In this document: piece after piece, positions 38,820 through 48,638 of the stretch | Layout: every line of letters starts with the position of its first letter | Position numbering within the stretch: position 1 is the stretch's first letter | Assembly: GCA_049472335.1 (NCBI GenBank) | Contig: JBLIRO010000033.1 | Location: forward strand, 1 to 55,251 | Source: a bacterium | GTDB lineage: Bacteria > SZUA-182 > DTGQ01 > JAFGSM01 | Direction of reading: 5' to 3' | Length of the DNA: 55,251 nucleotides | Translations under genes and position numbers: made by a program | Notes under the pieces: model-generated | Databases searched by the model: none | What the model was told of the DNA's origin: nothing | What the model saw: the letters and a program-made list of their open reading frames with translations, nothing else

Positions 38820-40112
38820 ATGAAGAGATTTGCAAAAATTGTTTTAGTTATGGTCCCGATCGTATTGTTAGTTATGTTTGCCTGTACCAGGGAGAAAACC
38901 TGGGAGGAATTAAACAATGAAGCCTTTATGCTATATCAAAAAGGATCGATTTCAGACGCGACCAGGGTTGCGGAAAAGGCATTGAAGCTTGCAGAAGAGA
39001 ACTTTGACCCGGACCATCCGAATGTGGAAACATCCATTAACGGTTTGGCGCTGCTTTATTATTCCCAGGGCAAATATAGCGAAGCCGGGCACCTTTACAG
39101 GCGGTCATTGGAAATAAAGGAAAAGTCCCTCGGGAAGGATAATCCTGATGTGGCGGCTTCCCTGAACAATCTGGCTACAGCGTATAAGGCCCAGGGTAAA
39201 TATGCAGAAGCAGAACCTCTTTACGAAAGGGCACTTGAAATATATGAAAAGGCATATGGCCCTGACAACTTATATGTGGCGCAATCCCTGAACAATCTGG
39301 CTACACATTATAGAGACCATGGTAAATATACGGAGGCCGAACCACTTTACAAAAGGGCTCTTAAAATATATGAAAAAGCCCTTGGGCCTGATCATCCTGA
39401 TGTGGCGACTACCCTGAACAACCTGGCGGCATTGTATAGAGATCAGAGTAAATATGAGGAGGCTGAGCCCCTTTACAAAAGGATACTGGAAATATATGAA
39501 AAGGCCTTTGGGCCCGAACATCCTGATGTGGCAAAGGCGTTGAACAATCTGGCCGAGCTTTATAGAAAACAGGCAAAATATGCGGAGGCCGAATCCCTTT
39601 ACGAAAGGGCTCTGGGAATATGCGAAAAGGCCTTTGGGCCTGATCATCCTGATGTGGCAACCATCCTGAACAACATGGCGGCATTGTATAGAGACCAGAG
39701 TAAATACGAGGAGGCTGAGCCACTTTACAAAAGGGCACTGGCAATAAGAGAAAAAGCATTTGGGCCTGATCATCCTGATGTGGCAAAATCATTGAACAAT
39801 CTGGCCGAGCTTTATAGGGCACAGAAAAAATATCCGGAGGCTGAGCCACTTTATAAAAGGGCTCTCGATATATGTGAAGGTAAGTATGGGCCCAATCATC
39901 CTGATGTGGCTACTTCACTGAACAATCTGGCATTGATTTATGACGCCCAGGGTAAATATCCGGAGGCTGAGCCACTTTACAAAAGGGCATTGAGAATATA
40001 TGAAGATGTCTTTGGCAAGGACCATCCTTATACTCTGACTGTTATGCAAAACATAGAGGCTTTTTACAATAAGATTGAAGAAGAGAGTGAGGCAAAACGG
40101 CTTGAAAAGTGA
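38820..40112 (+). CDS. Tetratricopeptide-repeat (kinesin-light-chain-like, 42-aa repeat) putative lipoprotein
   Basis: Repeats of G.DHPDVA.SLNNLA.LY..QGKY.EAEPLYKRAL.I.EK, signal peptide with lipobox-like MFAC, RBS AAGGAG. Confidence 0.9.
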   Translation: MKRFAKIVLVMVPIVLLVMFACTREKTWEELNNEAFMLYQKGSISDATRVAEKALKLAEENFDPDHPNVETSINGLALLYYSQGKYSEAGHLYRRSLEIKEKSLGKDNPDVAASLNNLATAYKAQGKYAEAEPLYERALEIYEKAYGPDNLYVAQSLNNLATHYRDHGKYTEAEPLYKRALKIYEKALGPDHPDVATTLNNLAALYRDQSKYEEAEPLYKRILEIYEKAFGPEHPDVAKALNNLAELYRKQAKYAEAESLYERALGICEKAFGPDHPDVATILNNMAALYRDQSKYEEAEPLYKRALAIREKAFGPDHPDVAKSLNNLAELYRAQKKYPEAEPLYKRALDICEGKYGPNHPDVATSLNNLALIYDAQGKYPEAEPLYKRALRIYEDVFGKDHPYTLTVMQNIEAFYNKIEEESEAKRLEK

Positions 40113-40148
40113 GCAGAAGAAATTTATTCAAATCATTAACTACAAAAA

Positions 40149-40301
40149 TCATATGGAGATGTCTTTTGCGGCGCCAACTGTCTCGTACTTGCTCTTTCCC
40201 CGGATCCTTTTTACTATCTTGCCGTTATCCAGATAGTAGATCCAGTCACAGGATTCAATGGTATTTAGTCGATGCGCTATGATGATTATCGTCAATACTT
40301 T
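40149..40301 (-). pseudogene. C-terminal remnant of an ABC transporter ATP-binding protein
   Basis: Translates as KVLTIIIIAHRLNTIESCDWIYYLDNGKIVKRIRGKSKYETVGAAKDISI*, with the ABC exporter H-loop IAHRL.T. No upstream ABC sequence follows in frame. Confidence 0.85.
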
Positions 40302-40315
40302 TGCCAATACTTTTG

Positions 40316-40344
40316 TTGACAAAATTTCAATACTTAGTTATACT
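40316..40344 (+). promoter_or_regulatory. sigma70 promoter with three CAATACTT repeats, upstream of the radical SAM operon
   Basis: TTGACA (40316-40321), 17-bp spacer, TATACT (40339-40344). CAATACTT at 40293, 40305 and 40328. Confidence 0.7.
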
Positions 40345-40820
40345 TTTTTTATAAAGAATGATTTTCTGATTCAATCACACAATCACAGTCACATTATCCC
40401 GACCCCTTATCACTTTCACACTATTTAAATCATAAAAAAAATTGTTTTTGCGGAGCTTTGCAATCCAGGATGCAAGATAACGGATAACTACAAATAAAAA
40501 TTTTTAAATTTATCAGAATTCTTAGATTAGCAATAAACACCATTTACTCTTGCGCTAGAAAAATGGATAAAAACTTGACAATCCTTTTTTGACTAACTTA
40601 TTTGTAAAAGCTCTTGATTAATAAAGCAAAATCAGAACAAGAAAAAGACTTCTCTTAATAAAAGTTATTGTAATTATGATAGACAAGACAAACATTTATT
40701 TCTGGATATTCAGGGGATTCCTGACTGACATATTAGCTCGTGCGCCATAACTAAAAACAATTACATAAAAGCGTCTAATTTATTTTCTTGAGTAAAAAAT
40801 AAGGGGAGGTGATATAAATA

Positions 40821-42587
40821 ATGAAAGTTGCATTGATAGGCGCAGAGCTTGAAGAGAACCTCGGAATACGTTACATGGCCAGATCGCTGGAAGATAGAGG
40901 GCATGAGACGGAGATAATCCCTTTCAACTCAGAAAGCGATATCCATAATGTTGTTAGACAGGTTTTAGCATTTTCTCCGGAGATAGCCGGTTTGTCAATG
41001 GTGTTTACAAACCGGGGCCGGGAGTTTTGCCATTTGGCTCAAGCCCTCAGAGAGGACGGTTACGGGGGCCACCTGATAGCCGGAGGCCCTTTCGCCTCAT
41101 TCAACTGCGAAAACCTGCTGCTTGATTTTCCTTCTTTCAACTCCATAGCATTAGGGGAAGGTGAGAGGCTCATCTGTGACCTGGCATATCATCTTGATGA
41201 CATATCGAAGATACCAGGTTTATGCTACAGGGGGAAAAACGGGACAATCAAGACTAATCCGTCAATTGGCGGACCCGACAACCTCGATTCACTTGCGTTT
41301 CCGAAACGTATCAGTTTTCATACATATTTTGACAAAAAAATTGCAAGCATACTTACAAGCAGAGGGTGTTGGAGAAACTGTGCATTTTGTAGCATAAGTG
41401 CCTGGTATGACAGAATAGGGGGAAAGAAATTCAGGTTCAGATCCATCCCGAACATCGTGGCAGAAATGAAAGAGCTTTACGAAGAACATGGAGTTCGTAT
41501 ATTCAATTTTCAGGATGATAACTTCTTCCTTCCGGATAAAGATAAAGCCCTTCAACACTTCAAGACACTACGAAAGAACCTCGATAAGGAGGGGATTAAA
41601 GATATTGCTATTGCCATTAAGGCTAGGCCGGATAGTATCACACGAGAGTCTATTTCAGTTCTTAACGATCTCGGGCTTTTCAGGGTTTTTTTGGGTGTGG
41701 AGAATGCATCCGAAAACGGATTGTACCATCTGAATCGCAAAAGCACAATTGATCAGGCTTTGAATGCACTCGAAATACTAAATGACTTCGATGTGCATAT
41801 AGCTTACAACCTGCTGATGTTTGAGCCGGATACAGTTATGGAGGATATACTGGTCAACCTGCGCTTCATAGAAAGGCATATAGAAAATCCGTTTAATTTT
41901 TGCAGGGCGGAGGCACACGCAGGTACAGGGCTTGAGTCCAAGCTTAAAGCAGAGGGAAAGTTGCTTGGCAACTACTTCGGATTAGACTACCGGCTCAAAG
42001 ATCCCAGTTGTGAAGCTTTTCACCAGATTGCCAATTATGGGTTCTTCGACAGGAATTTCAGTGATCACGGATTACACTATTTCAATATGCAGGTAGATTT
42101 TATTTTTCAACTGCTGAAACGTTTTTATCCGGAACTGCTTACACAGTCTCTGCGTGCAGTGGTTCGCAGCTTTATTAAGGAGACTAATATAGATACATAC
42201 AAGTCCCTGTGCGAGATATACGACTTTATTGAATCAATAGACCCAAATGACCAAGCAGCGATCCAAAATTTTGCCAGGCAAATCAGAGCTGTAGTGGACA
42301 GCAGAAGCATGGCTCTCCACGCTCATGGTGAGAGCATTTTGAATTGGCTGGATAATGTCTATGAACTGAGAGGGCTGGAGAGAAAAAAGATTATTCGCCA
42401 GCAAAGAATTTTCATGGGCCACAGCGTAATGTCCAGTACCAGTTTGAATAACTTTGATGTTCCAAAAGACTATGCCTATACATCCAGCCAAAATGAAGTA
42501 ACCGATCTGTTTGGTCTTCTCCGGAGCCCCATACCGTATCAAGCATTCAAAATGCAATTATCAAGACAATCTGAGAATAGGAGGTAA
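40821..42587 (+). CDS. Cobalamin-binding radical SAM enzyme (class B methyltransferase-like)
   Basis: N-terminal B12-binding domain (ENLGIRY, AGGPFAS, LGEGE), TSRGCWRNCAFC (CxxxCxxC), FQDDNF, GVEN. RBS GGAGG. Confidence 0.92.
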   Translation: MKVALIGAELEENLGIRYMARSLEDRGHETEIIPFNSESDIHNVVRQVLAFSPEIAGLSMVFTNRGREFCHLAQALREDGYGGHLIAGGPFASFNCENLLLDFPSFNSIALGEGERLICDLAYHLDDISKIPGLCYRGKNGTIKTNPSIGGPDNLDSLAFPKRISFHTYFDKKIASILTSRGCWRNCAFCSISAWYDRIGGKKFRFRSIPNIVAEMKELYEEHGVRIFNFQDDNFFLPDKDKALQHFKTLRKNLDKEGIKDIAIAIKARPDSITRESISVLNDLGLFRVFLGVENASENGLYHLNRKSTIDQALNALEILNDFDVHIAYNLLMFEPDTVMEDILVNLRFIERHIENPFNFCRAEAHAGTGLESKLKAEGKLLGNYFGLDYRLKDPSCEAFHQIANYGFFDRNFSDHGLHYFNMQVDFIFQLLKRFYPELLTQSLRAVVRSFIKETNIDTYKSLCEIYDFIESIDPNDQAAIQNFARQIRAVVDSRSMALHAHGESILNWLDNVYELRGLERKKIIRQQRIFMGHSVMSSTSLNNFDVPKDYAYTSSQNEVTDLFGLLRSPIPYQAFKMQLSRQSENRR

Positions 42588-42668
42588 AACAGATTTTTCA
42601 ATTCAAAAATTTAATATGAAACTTAAACTTATTTCTAGTTCTATATATAAGTTAAAGGAGGTTTAAAA

Positions 42669-43730
42669 ATGGAAGGTAAAAAATATAATATTTTCCCCTA
42701 CCCTATGGAGCCGGCTCATCCAATGCTGCTCAAACTTTATGATGATCTTGTTGAAATATATAAATTCACTAAAGCTCATTACCAGAATGAAATAGATGCT
42801 GCCTTTGACAGGGCATCGGAACAGATCGGTTTTGTCCTGACAACTACCATGCCGGTGGTCTTAGAAGTCGGAAAAAACATGCTATCAAGGATTAGTATTG
42901 GCTCGGAGCAACTTAAAGGAACACTCTTTGAGAAGGAAATATCGGGTGTATTTCATTCTATGACAGCTTCAAAACAGAAGTCAGATGTCTCTCCCGGCAC
43001 ATATAATCTGGTTTTCTTCTGGTACGATGCTATTAAGCTGAGACTGAAAACAGACTGGATGGAGCCTGTTCATATGGTGGCTAATCTAAAGTCAGAATTT
43101 ATGGGGATGCCCTATAGCAAAACTGTTCAATTCAAGCCCTGGTGCGAGCCTGCTCAATGGGGCGTATTAGCAGAGCCTGTATTCAAAAAAATTTCAAATG
43201 CCCGGAGAACCGAAGCGATACAGGCAAGATATGAACATGAAGAACCTGCCCAATATCTAGATCCGGGGACATTGATAACAAATGAAAAATCTATTCTGGT
43301 TTCGGCAATAGACGAAGTTTATCCGGAGTTAAGACTGGCTGAAAAGCTCAGCAAATATCAATATGCCATGAGTCCTACTTTACCGCTGCCACCACCTGGA
43401 TCTATGGTCGCTTCTCAGACTGGAGCAGCCTTGGGAGGACCAGCTACTGAACAACCTAATTATCCTTCAATGCAAGCGCTGGCAGAGGTTGCTAATATAA
43501 TAAGCCGCTATAACAGCAGTATGAGTGATCCTACACCAGAACCTGTAAAAAAGACTCTGGCTGGCCAGGCAATGGCTGAGATTGCGAATTCATTAAGCAG
43601 ATACGGCTTTCAAGCCCGTTCAGTTCTCCCCGGAGTAAGAGAACCTGCACATTCGCCTGTTGTTCCCACGGATTTAGCTTATCAGGCATTCTCTGAGCTT
43701 TCATCCCTTCTGCACAAATATGGTTACTAG
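42669..43730 (+). CDS. Hypothetical protein with repeated EP(A/V)(H/Q) motifs, candidate substrate of the radical SAM enzyme
   Basis: Strong RBS AAAGGAGG, 81 bp after the rSAM stop. Motifs MEPAH, MEPVH, CEPAQ, EEPAQ, REPAH. Confidence 0.8.
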   Translation: MEGKKYNIFPYPMEPAHPMLLKLYDDLVEIYKFTKAHYQNEIDAAFDRASEQIGFVLTTTMPVVLEVGKNMLSRISIGSEQLKGTLFEKEISGVFHSMTASKQKSDVSPGTYNLVFFWYDAIKLRLKTDWMEPVHMVANLKSEFMGMPYSKTVQFKPWCEPAQWGVLAEPVFKKISNARRTEAIQARYEHEEPAQYLDPGTLITNEKSILVSAIDEVYPELRLAEKLSKYQYAMSPTLPLPPPGSMVASQTGAALGGPATEQPNYPSMQALAEVANIISRYNSSMSDPTPEPVKKTLAGQAMAEIANSLSRYGFQARSVLPGVREPAHSPVVPTDLAYQAFSELSSLLHKYGY

Positions 43731-43763
43731 CAAGAGCTATTAACTATTAATTTTTAAAAACAC

Positions 43764-43800
43764 GCCGGGATTCCCATTTTTATCAGAAGGGGATCCCGGC
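43764..43800. terminator. GC-rich hairpin after the rSAM/EPAH operon
   Basis: gccgggattccc (43764-43775) pairs with ggggatcccggc (43789-43800). The U-tract is weak on the plus strand. Confidence 0.55.
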
Positions 43801-43897
43801 TGTACCTACTTAAAATACCGTCCTGTAATAATATGAACAACTTGTAGCCATGTCAATTTTGATTGGGAATAAGTGAGTAGTGAACATGTAAAATCCC

Positions 43898-43926
43898 TTG
43901 ACTTTCCTGACTTATTTGCTTAGATT
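43898..43926 (+). promoter_or_regulatory. sigma70-like promoter for hpt
   Basis: TTGACT (43898-43903), 17-bp spacer, TAGATT (43921-43926). Confidence 0.55.
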
Positions 43927-43967
43927 ATTAAGCCAAGATATCCAGGCTTAAAGAAACCAGAAAAATC

Positions 43968-44636
43968 ATGAAAAAAATCGATTACAATAAGGTCATTGAT
44001 CTGACTGAGCATAATATTGTTTTGACCCCTGAAAACTCAAAAGCAGTGAATGAAAAGGAGAGGATAAATACAATCCTTATCCCCCAAAAAAGCCTTGAAA
44101 AAAGGGTGAAAGCACTGGCAAAGCAAATCTGCCATGATTACAGAAATTATGATAATTTGCTGGTCATTCCTGTTTTAAAGGGGGCCTTTGTGTTTGCTTC
44201 AGACCTTTTAAGGGAGATGTATCGTTACAGAAGTTTTGGCCTTCAACTGGATTTTTTAAAAACGAGCACATATGGCAAGCAAATCAAAGGTGCCGGTGAA
44301 TTTGAAAGAAAGGTCGTTTTTGATCTGGAACCTAAGGATATCGAAAAAAAAGACATCCTGATTGTTGAAGATCTGATCGACCAGTGTTTTACCATAACCG
44401 AGATTGTCAAATATTTAAAAAAAAGAAAAGCGGCATCTGTAAGGATTTGCATCTTGCTGGAAAAAAAGATCCCTGATCCATCCCATAAAGTTGCCGGATT
44501 AAAAAAGGAATTCAGGTGTGATTATATCGGTTTCATTGTGCCTGATGTCTGGGTTGCGGGTTACGGATTGGACGCGGGAGAGGATTTAAGGCAACTGCCT
44601 TTTGTCGCGGCAGTAAAAGAGGACCTTTACAGATAA
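43968..44636 (+). CDS. hpt: Hypoxanthine phosphoribosyltransferase family protein
   Basis: VLKGAFVFASDL, SSY-like STY loop, ILIVEDLID, DYIGF, WVAGYGLD..E.LRQLPFV. Confidence 0.88.
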   Translation: MKKIDYNKVIDLTEHNIVLTPENSKAVNEKERINTILIPQKSLEKRVKALAKQICHDYRNYDNLLVIPVLKGAFVFASDLLREMYRYRSFGLQLDFLKTSTYGKQIKGAGEFERKVVFDLEPKDIEKKDILIVEDLIDQCFTITEIVKYLKKRKAASVRICILLEKKIPDPSHKVAGLKKEFRCDYIGFIVPDVWVAGYGLDAGEDLRQLPFVAAVKEDLYR

Positions 44637-44762
44637 GGGGTGCCTTACATTCATGGATTATGACTTTGTAATGACTTTGTATTAAAAGCAGAGCATATTT
44701 CTGACACCGGTTACATTTTTTGTTCTTTATAACTGCCTGTAATCTATTTATTATCCCTTTCT

Positions 44763-45332
44763 TTATCCTCTCAAATAGTGCGGCGGTAACCGATTGCTTC
44801 TTATTGCCACCGGTGGTCGCAGTATCTCGGAAAGGATGATACCCTGTATTAATAATCCGGGTTGCTCAAAGGATATTTCAGCCCCTTCGATCTTATCTTT
44901 CCTGATAGTCTTTTCTTTGACAAGCGAAACCGTCTCCCTTGTGACCTTTTTGGGGCGAATCTTTTTATGAACGGGAGATGGCGCCTTCTGATCTTCCCTT
45001 CTAATCTCTTTATGTTGGGTAACGCTCGCCTCCTGATGCGGAACTGGGATTTCATCCGGAGTTTTAAAGCCCACCTGTTTTCCCGCAGCCTCTCTTTTAA
45101 GATCTCTCAAAACCTTCCCAATCTCACTCCATGTTAAAGGAAGGTCCTGACCGGAAGGAGGTCTCCCTGTTTCGGTTTTCGAATATGGAGGATAAGTGGG
45201 GCGTGCAGGTGGTATATGAGGCTGCCTGCCAGCTTGCCTTTTCTTTTCCTCCTCTCCTGAAAAAAAACTAGAAAGTGATTTAAATATAATAAAGATGATA
45301 ATTAAGGCGATGAATTCATAAATCATTCTCAA
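44763..45332 (-). CDS. Membrane-anchored YqfB-like protein downstream of floA
   Basis: N-terminal TM helix, Pro/charged linker, C-terminal [14 protein letters not shown] motif. Overlaps the floA stop. Confidence 0.65.
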   Translation of the reverse strand: MRMIYEFIALIIIFIIFKSLSSFFSGEEEKKRQAGRQPHIPPARPTYPPYSKTETGRPPSGQDLPLTWSEIGKVLRDLKREAAGKQVGFKTPDEIPVPHQEASVTQHKEIRREDQKAPSPVHKKIRPKKVTRETVSLVKEKTIRKDKIEGAEISFEQPGLLIQGIILSEILRPPVAIRSNRLPPHYLRG

Positions 45333-46348
45333 GATTCCTTCTCTTCCTTAGGCCTGGGATGTCCTGAAGGATGTTGTGGTTTTTCTCCCCCCATTTTGGA
45401 TATTGAATCCCGCATTTCCGTGTCAGCTGCAATGTTTTTCAGATGGTAGTAATCCATTACACCCAGGTTGCCTTTTCGGAAGGCCTCGGCCATGGCCAGA
45501 GGCACCTCTGCTTCGGCCTCTATTACCTTGGCCTTCATCTCCTGCACCTTTGCCTTCATTTCCTGCTCCGCTGCTACAGCCAATGCACGACGGCTCTCTG
45601 CATGGGCCTGGGCAATCTCTTTGTCTGCAACTGCCTGTTTGGTCTGTAACCTTGCCCCGATATTTTCCCCCACATCCACGTCTGCTATATCAATGGAAAG
45701 TATTTCGAACGCGGTTCCCGAATCCAGCCCTTTTGCCAACACCGTTCGGGAAATGGTATCCGGATTTTCCAGCACGTCCTTATATGATTTGGACGAGCCT
45801 ATTGTAGTAACAATACCCTCCCCTACCCTGGCTATAATTGTCTGCTCTCCGGCTCCTCCAACCAGACGTTCCATATTCGCCCTCACTGTAACCCTTGACT
45901 TGGCCATGACCTGAATACCATCCTTTGCCACAGCGGCCACGACAGGGGTTTCTATCACCTTGGGAATAACACTCATTCTGACTGCCTCAAGCACATCCCT
46001 TCCGGCAAGATCAATGCCTGAGGCAATGCTGAAACTCATCTCTATATTTGCCTTGTCTGCAGAAATAAGTGCCTTGACCACGGAACCTACATGTCCCCCT
46101 GCCAGATACAAGGCCTCCAGGTCATTAATGGCGATATCCAGACCGGCCTTGACTGCGCTTATCCTGGCATTTACGACCACATGAGGCGGGACCCGTCTGA
46201 ACCGCATTCCTATCAGATTTGTAAGCCCAACATATGCCCCTGAAGACCAGGCAGCTATCCAGAGGGGAACAGGAATCAAATAAAGAAAGAGTATCAAAGC
46301 AAAAATAATAAAGCCAAAAACAAGAAAAGGAAAAATATTTAGGGGCAT
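45329..46348 (-). CDS. floA: Flotillin-like protein FloA (UPF0365/YqfA family)
   Basis: [71 protein letters not shown] at 46348 has RBS AGGAG. Confidence 0.95.
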   Translation of the reverse strand: MPLNIFPFLVFGFIIFALILFLYLIPVPLWIAAWSSGAYVGLTNLIGMRFRRVPPHVVVNARISAVKAGLDIAINDLEALYLAGGHVGSVVKALISADKANIEMSFSIASGIDLAGRDVLEAVRMSVIPKVIETPVVAAVAKDGIQVMAKSRVTVRANMERLVGGAGEQTIIARVGEGIVTTIGSSKSYKDVLENPDTISRTVLAKGLDSGTAFEILSIDIADVDVGENIGARLQTKQAVADKEIAQAHAESRRALAVAAEQEMKAKVQEMKAKVIEAEAEVPLAMAEAFRKGNLGVMDYYHLKNIAADTEMRDSISKMGGEKPQHPSGHPRPKEEKES

Positions 46349-46359
46349 CGTTTTTCTCC

Positions 46360-46484
46360 TAACCAAATTTAATTTTAATATGTTCGGTTCTCTAAGGCCA
46401 TAAAGGCCCCTTTTTCAAAAAACCCTCTGAAAATATCTTAAGTTATCACTTCTTCTTAATAACCAAATTTAATTTTAATATGTT
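46360..46484. repeat. Exact 25-bp direct repeat, two copies 100 bp apart
   Basis: taaccaaatttaattttaatatgtt at 46360-46384 and 46460-46484. Confidence 0.95.
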
Positions 46485-46491
46485 AACAAAT

Positions 46492-46989
46492 TCATACCTC
46501 TTCCACAAATATTCTGTTTCCTTCTATGCGGACGATTCGTATAGGGGTGTTTCTCTTTATATAAATACCGTCAGCGATCACATTCACCCGTTTATCCTGA
46601 AATTCTGCAATGCCGGAGGGACGCAGATCAGACATGGTCAATCCTGTTTCTCCTACACTTACGTTTGAGCTGTTATATATTTTATTTCCAGGCCGGTTCC
46701 TAATAGCCGCAGTACTTTTATCACCTATGCTACCACCCAGCACTAACTTTTTGGCAGCGCCGCTTTTTTGTAAAATTATAAAAGATATTACAACTAAAAA
46801 AATACTGGTCATGGCTACACCAATCCCCCATACAAAACTCAGTTTTGTCCAGGAAAGATATGTTCCTATCACCAGTAAGGCAATGGCTATAATACCAACG
46901 GGACCAAACCCGGGCACAACAAAAATCTCTAGAAGTAAAAATACAAGCCCCAAAAACATTATAATTGCTATCAAAATCGGCCAGTCCAT
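46492..46989 (-). CDS. Short NfeD-like protein (TM helices plus OB-fold)
   Basis: LLEIFVVPGFG, G.TMSDLRPSGIAEF...RVNVIADG.YI, IVRIEGNRIFVE. Confidence 0.88.
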   Translation of the reverse strand: MDWPILIAIIMFLGLVFLLLEIFVVPGFGPVGIIAIALLVIGTYLSWTKLSFVWGIGVAMTSIFLVVISFIILQKSGAAKKLVLGGSIGDKSTAAIRNRPGNKIYNSSNVSVGETGLTMSDLRPSGIAEFQDKRVNVIADGIYIKRNTPIRIVRIEGNRIFVEEV

Positions 46990-48476
46990 TAATCCTGCTT
47001 CTTTTCTTTGATTTTATGCACGATAATTTTCGAACCCTCCACCCGGATGATCCTAACAGGGGCGCCTATTTCTATAAAGTCTCCATCTGTTACCACATTC
47101 AACCGTTCATTACCGAATACTCCTTTACCTGCGGGCCGAAGATTTGTGAAGGCCACCCCCTCCCGGCCCAGGTAATGGTCCTGATTCGTTTCGGGTTTTT
47201 TTCCCTTTTCTCCCAATGAGGGACCTTCTGCCATTTGTTCTTCCTTTGAGGCAGGGAGTGCGGGTTCGGTTCGCGCATGAAGCACAAAACGCTGGGCCAC
47301 CCTGGTTTTAGCCAGGGATTTAATTGATATAATGAGAAAGACCAGAACAAAGAAAAACACCATGGACATATGGGCAACGGCTCTCCATAACTCTGAGGAA
47401 GTAGGATTCTTTCCCACAAGGCTTAAAGTAAAGGCAATACCAAGGGTAATTATGCCGAGAATTCCCGGGAGGCCGAAACCCGGTATGAATGCCTCCAGAA
47501 TGAGCAGGAAAAGACCGATAGCAAGAAGCACGATCTCTTCCCATCCAACCAGTTGGAGTACCCAGTGGCCCCAGAAAAAAAGGATTAAACATATAATCCC
47601 TATGGTTCCGGCAACTCCCCAGGTGGGTGTCTTAAATTCCAGAAACAAGGCAACTAAACCTATAGCAAGAAGGAGAGAGCTTAGCAGACTGCCGCTTATG
47701 GTTCTAAGGAACCTTTCCGCCCAATTGGGCTTCTGAGTAAGTATAGTGCTTTGCTGAAGATTAAGGGATGAAAGGATCTCCTGAAGCCCCCCTGACACCT
47801 CGAAATCCGCTAATTTATTTTGAATTGCCTCAGAGGTGGTAAGGGTCAACAATTTACCTTTTTCACTCAATCCCTCTATCACAACATCCGGATCTACCAT
47901 GGCTTCTGCAAGCAAAGTCGGCCGGCCATTCTTCTCCGCGGTTGCCTTCATTTCCTTCCTGAAGTATGAAATGACCTTTTCGCTTGCAGGTTTTGCCTCC
48001 TGGTCAAATAGGCCTATTGTCACAGGTGTGGCCGCTCCGATGGTTGATCCCGGAGCCATAACGATCTTTCGGCAGGCCAGCGAAATTAACGCACCTGCTG
48101 AGATCGCACGCTCGTTAATGTAGGCAATGGTTAATGTGTCGGCATTCAATAACGCGTCCCTTATTTGAACTGCCGCATCCAGTCGGCCTCCGAAGGTATT
48201 TATCTCCAGAATCAGGGCTTCTTTACCCTCTTTGTCGGCATCCTCAACTACCCTTTTTATAAAAGGGGCTAACCCAAGGTCAATTTCACCATCCACCTTG
48301 ATAAGATAGATCTGGTTTTTAGCATCTCCGTTTTCCGTATTTGCTAAGCAATTTTGTGGTTCGACAGAAAATAATAGGATTAAGGATAAAAATCCGCTGA
48401 TAATAAAAAATATTATTAAAGGCCTTTTCATAATAAACAATGAGTATATTTTAGTAATGTAATCTCTGTAAGACAC
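46989..48476 (-). CDS. nfeD: Long NfeD family membrane protein with ClpP-like domain (YqeZ/NfeD1b-like)
   Basis: INTFGG, AISAGALI, MAPGSTIGAATPV, GKLLTLT, TM block, C-terminal TNLRPAGKG OB-fold. Start may be ATG at 48431. Confidence 0.9.
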   Translation of the reverse strand: MSYRDYITKIYSLFIMKRPLIIFFIISGFLSLILLFSVEPQNCLANTENGDAKNQIYLIKVDGEIDLGLAPFIKRVVEDADKEGKEALILEINTFGGRLDAAVQIRDALLNADTLTIAYINERAISAGALISLACRKIVMAPGSTIGAATPVTIGLFDQEAKPASEKVISYFRKEMKATAEKNGRPTLLAEAMVDPDVVIEGLSEKGKLLTLTTSEAIQNKLADFEVSGGLQEILSSLNLQQSTILTQKPNWAERFLRTISGSLLSSLLLAIGLVALFLEFKTPTWGVAGTIGIICLILFFWGHWVLQLVGWEEIVLLAIGLFLLILEAFIPGFGLPGILGIITLGIAFTLSLVGKNPTSSELWRAVAHMSMVFFFVLVFLIISIKSLAKTRVAQRFVLHARTEPALPASKEEQMAEGPSLGEKGKKPETNQDHYLGREGVAFTNLRPAGKGVFGNERLNVVTDGDFIEIGAPVRIIRVEGSKIIVHKIKEKKQD

Positions 48477-48638
48477 AATATATCAGATAACTACACCTTA
48501 AGCAATTGGTTGGGCTTTATTGTATTTTAATTGAGTTATGAATAATAGCGGGCAGATGATATAATTAGCTTCCTCAATGTTATTTTATAAATATTATTGT
48601 TAATGTAACTTGCTCAGGGTGTTGAGATTATTAAAACA

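Noticed and set aside
36660..40020. 126-bp periodic repeats as a possible CRISPR array
   Set aside because: They are in-frame coding repeats (LVIVD and TPR) without unique spacers, and no cas genes are present.
40345..40820. Cobalamin or other riboswitch in the long leader of the B12-rSAM gene
   Set aside because: I could not identify conserved B12-box or other aptamer motifs by eye. An Rfam scan is needed.
46360..46484. 25-bp repeat pair as a mini-CRISPR
   Set aside because: Only two copies, a 75-bp spacer, very AT-rich and no cas genes.
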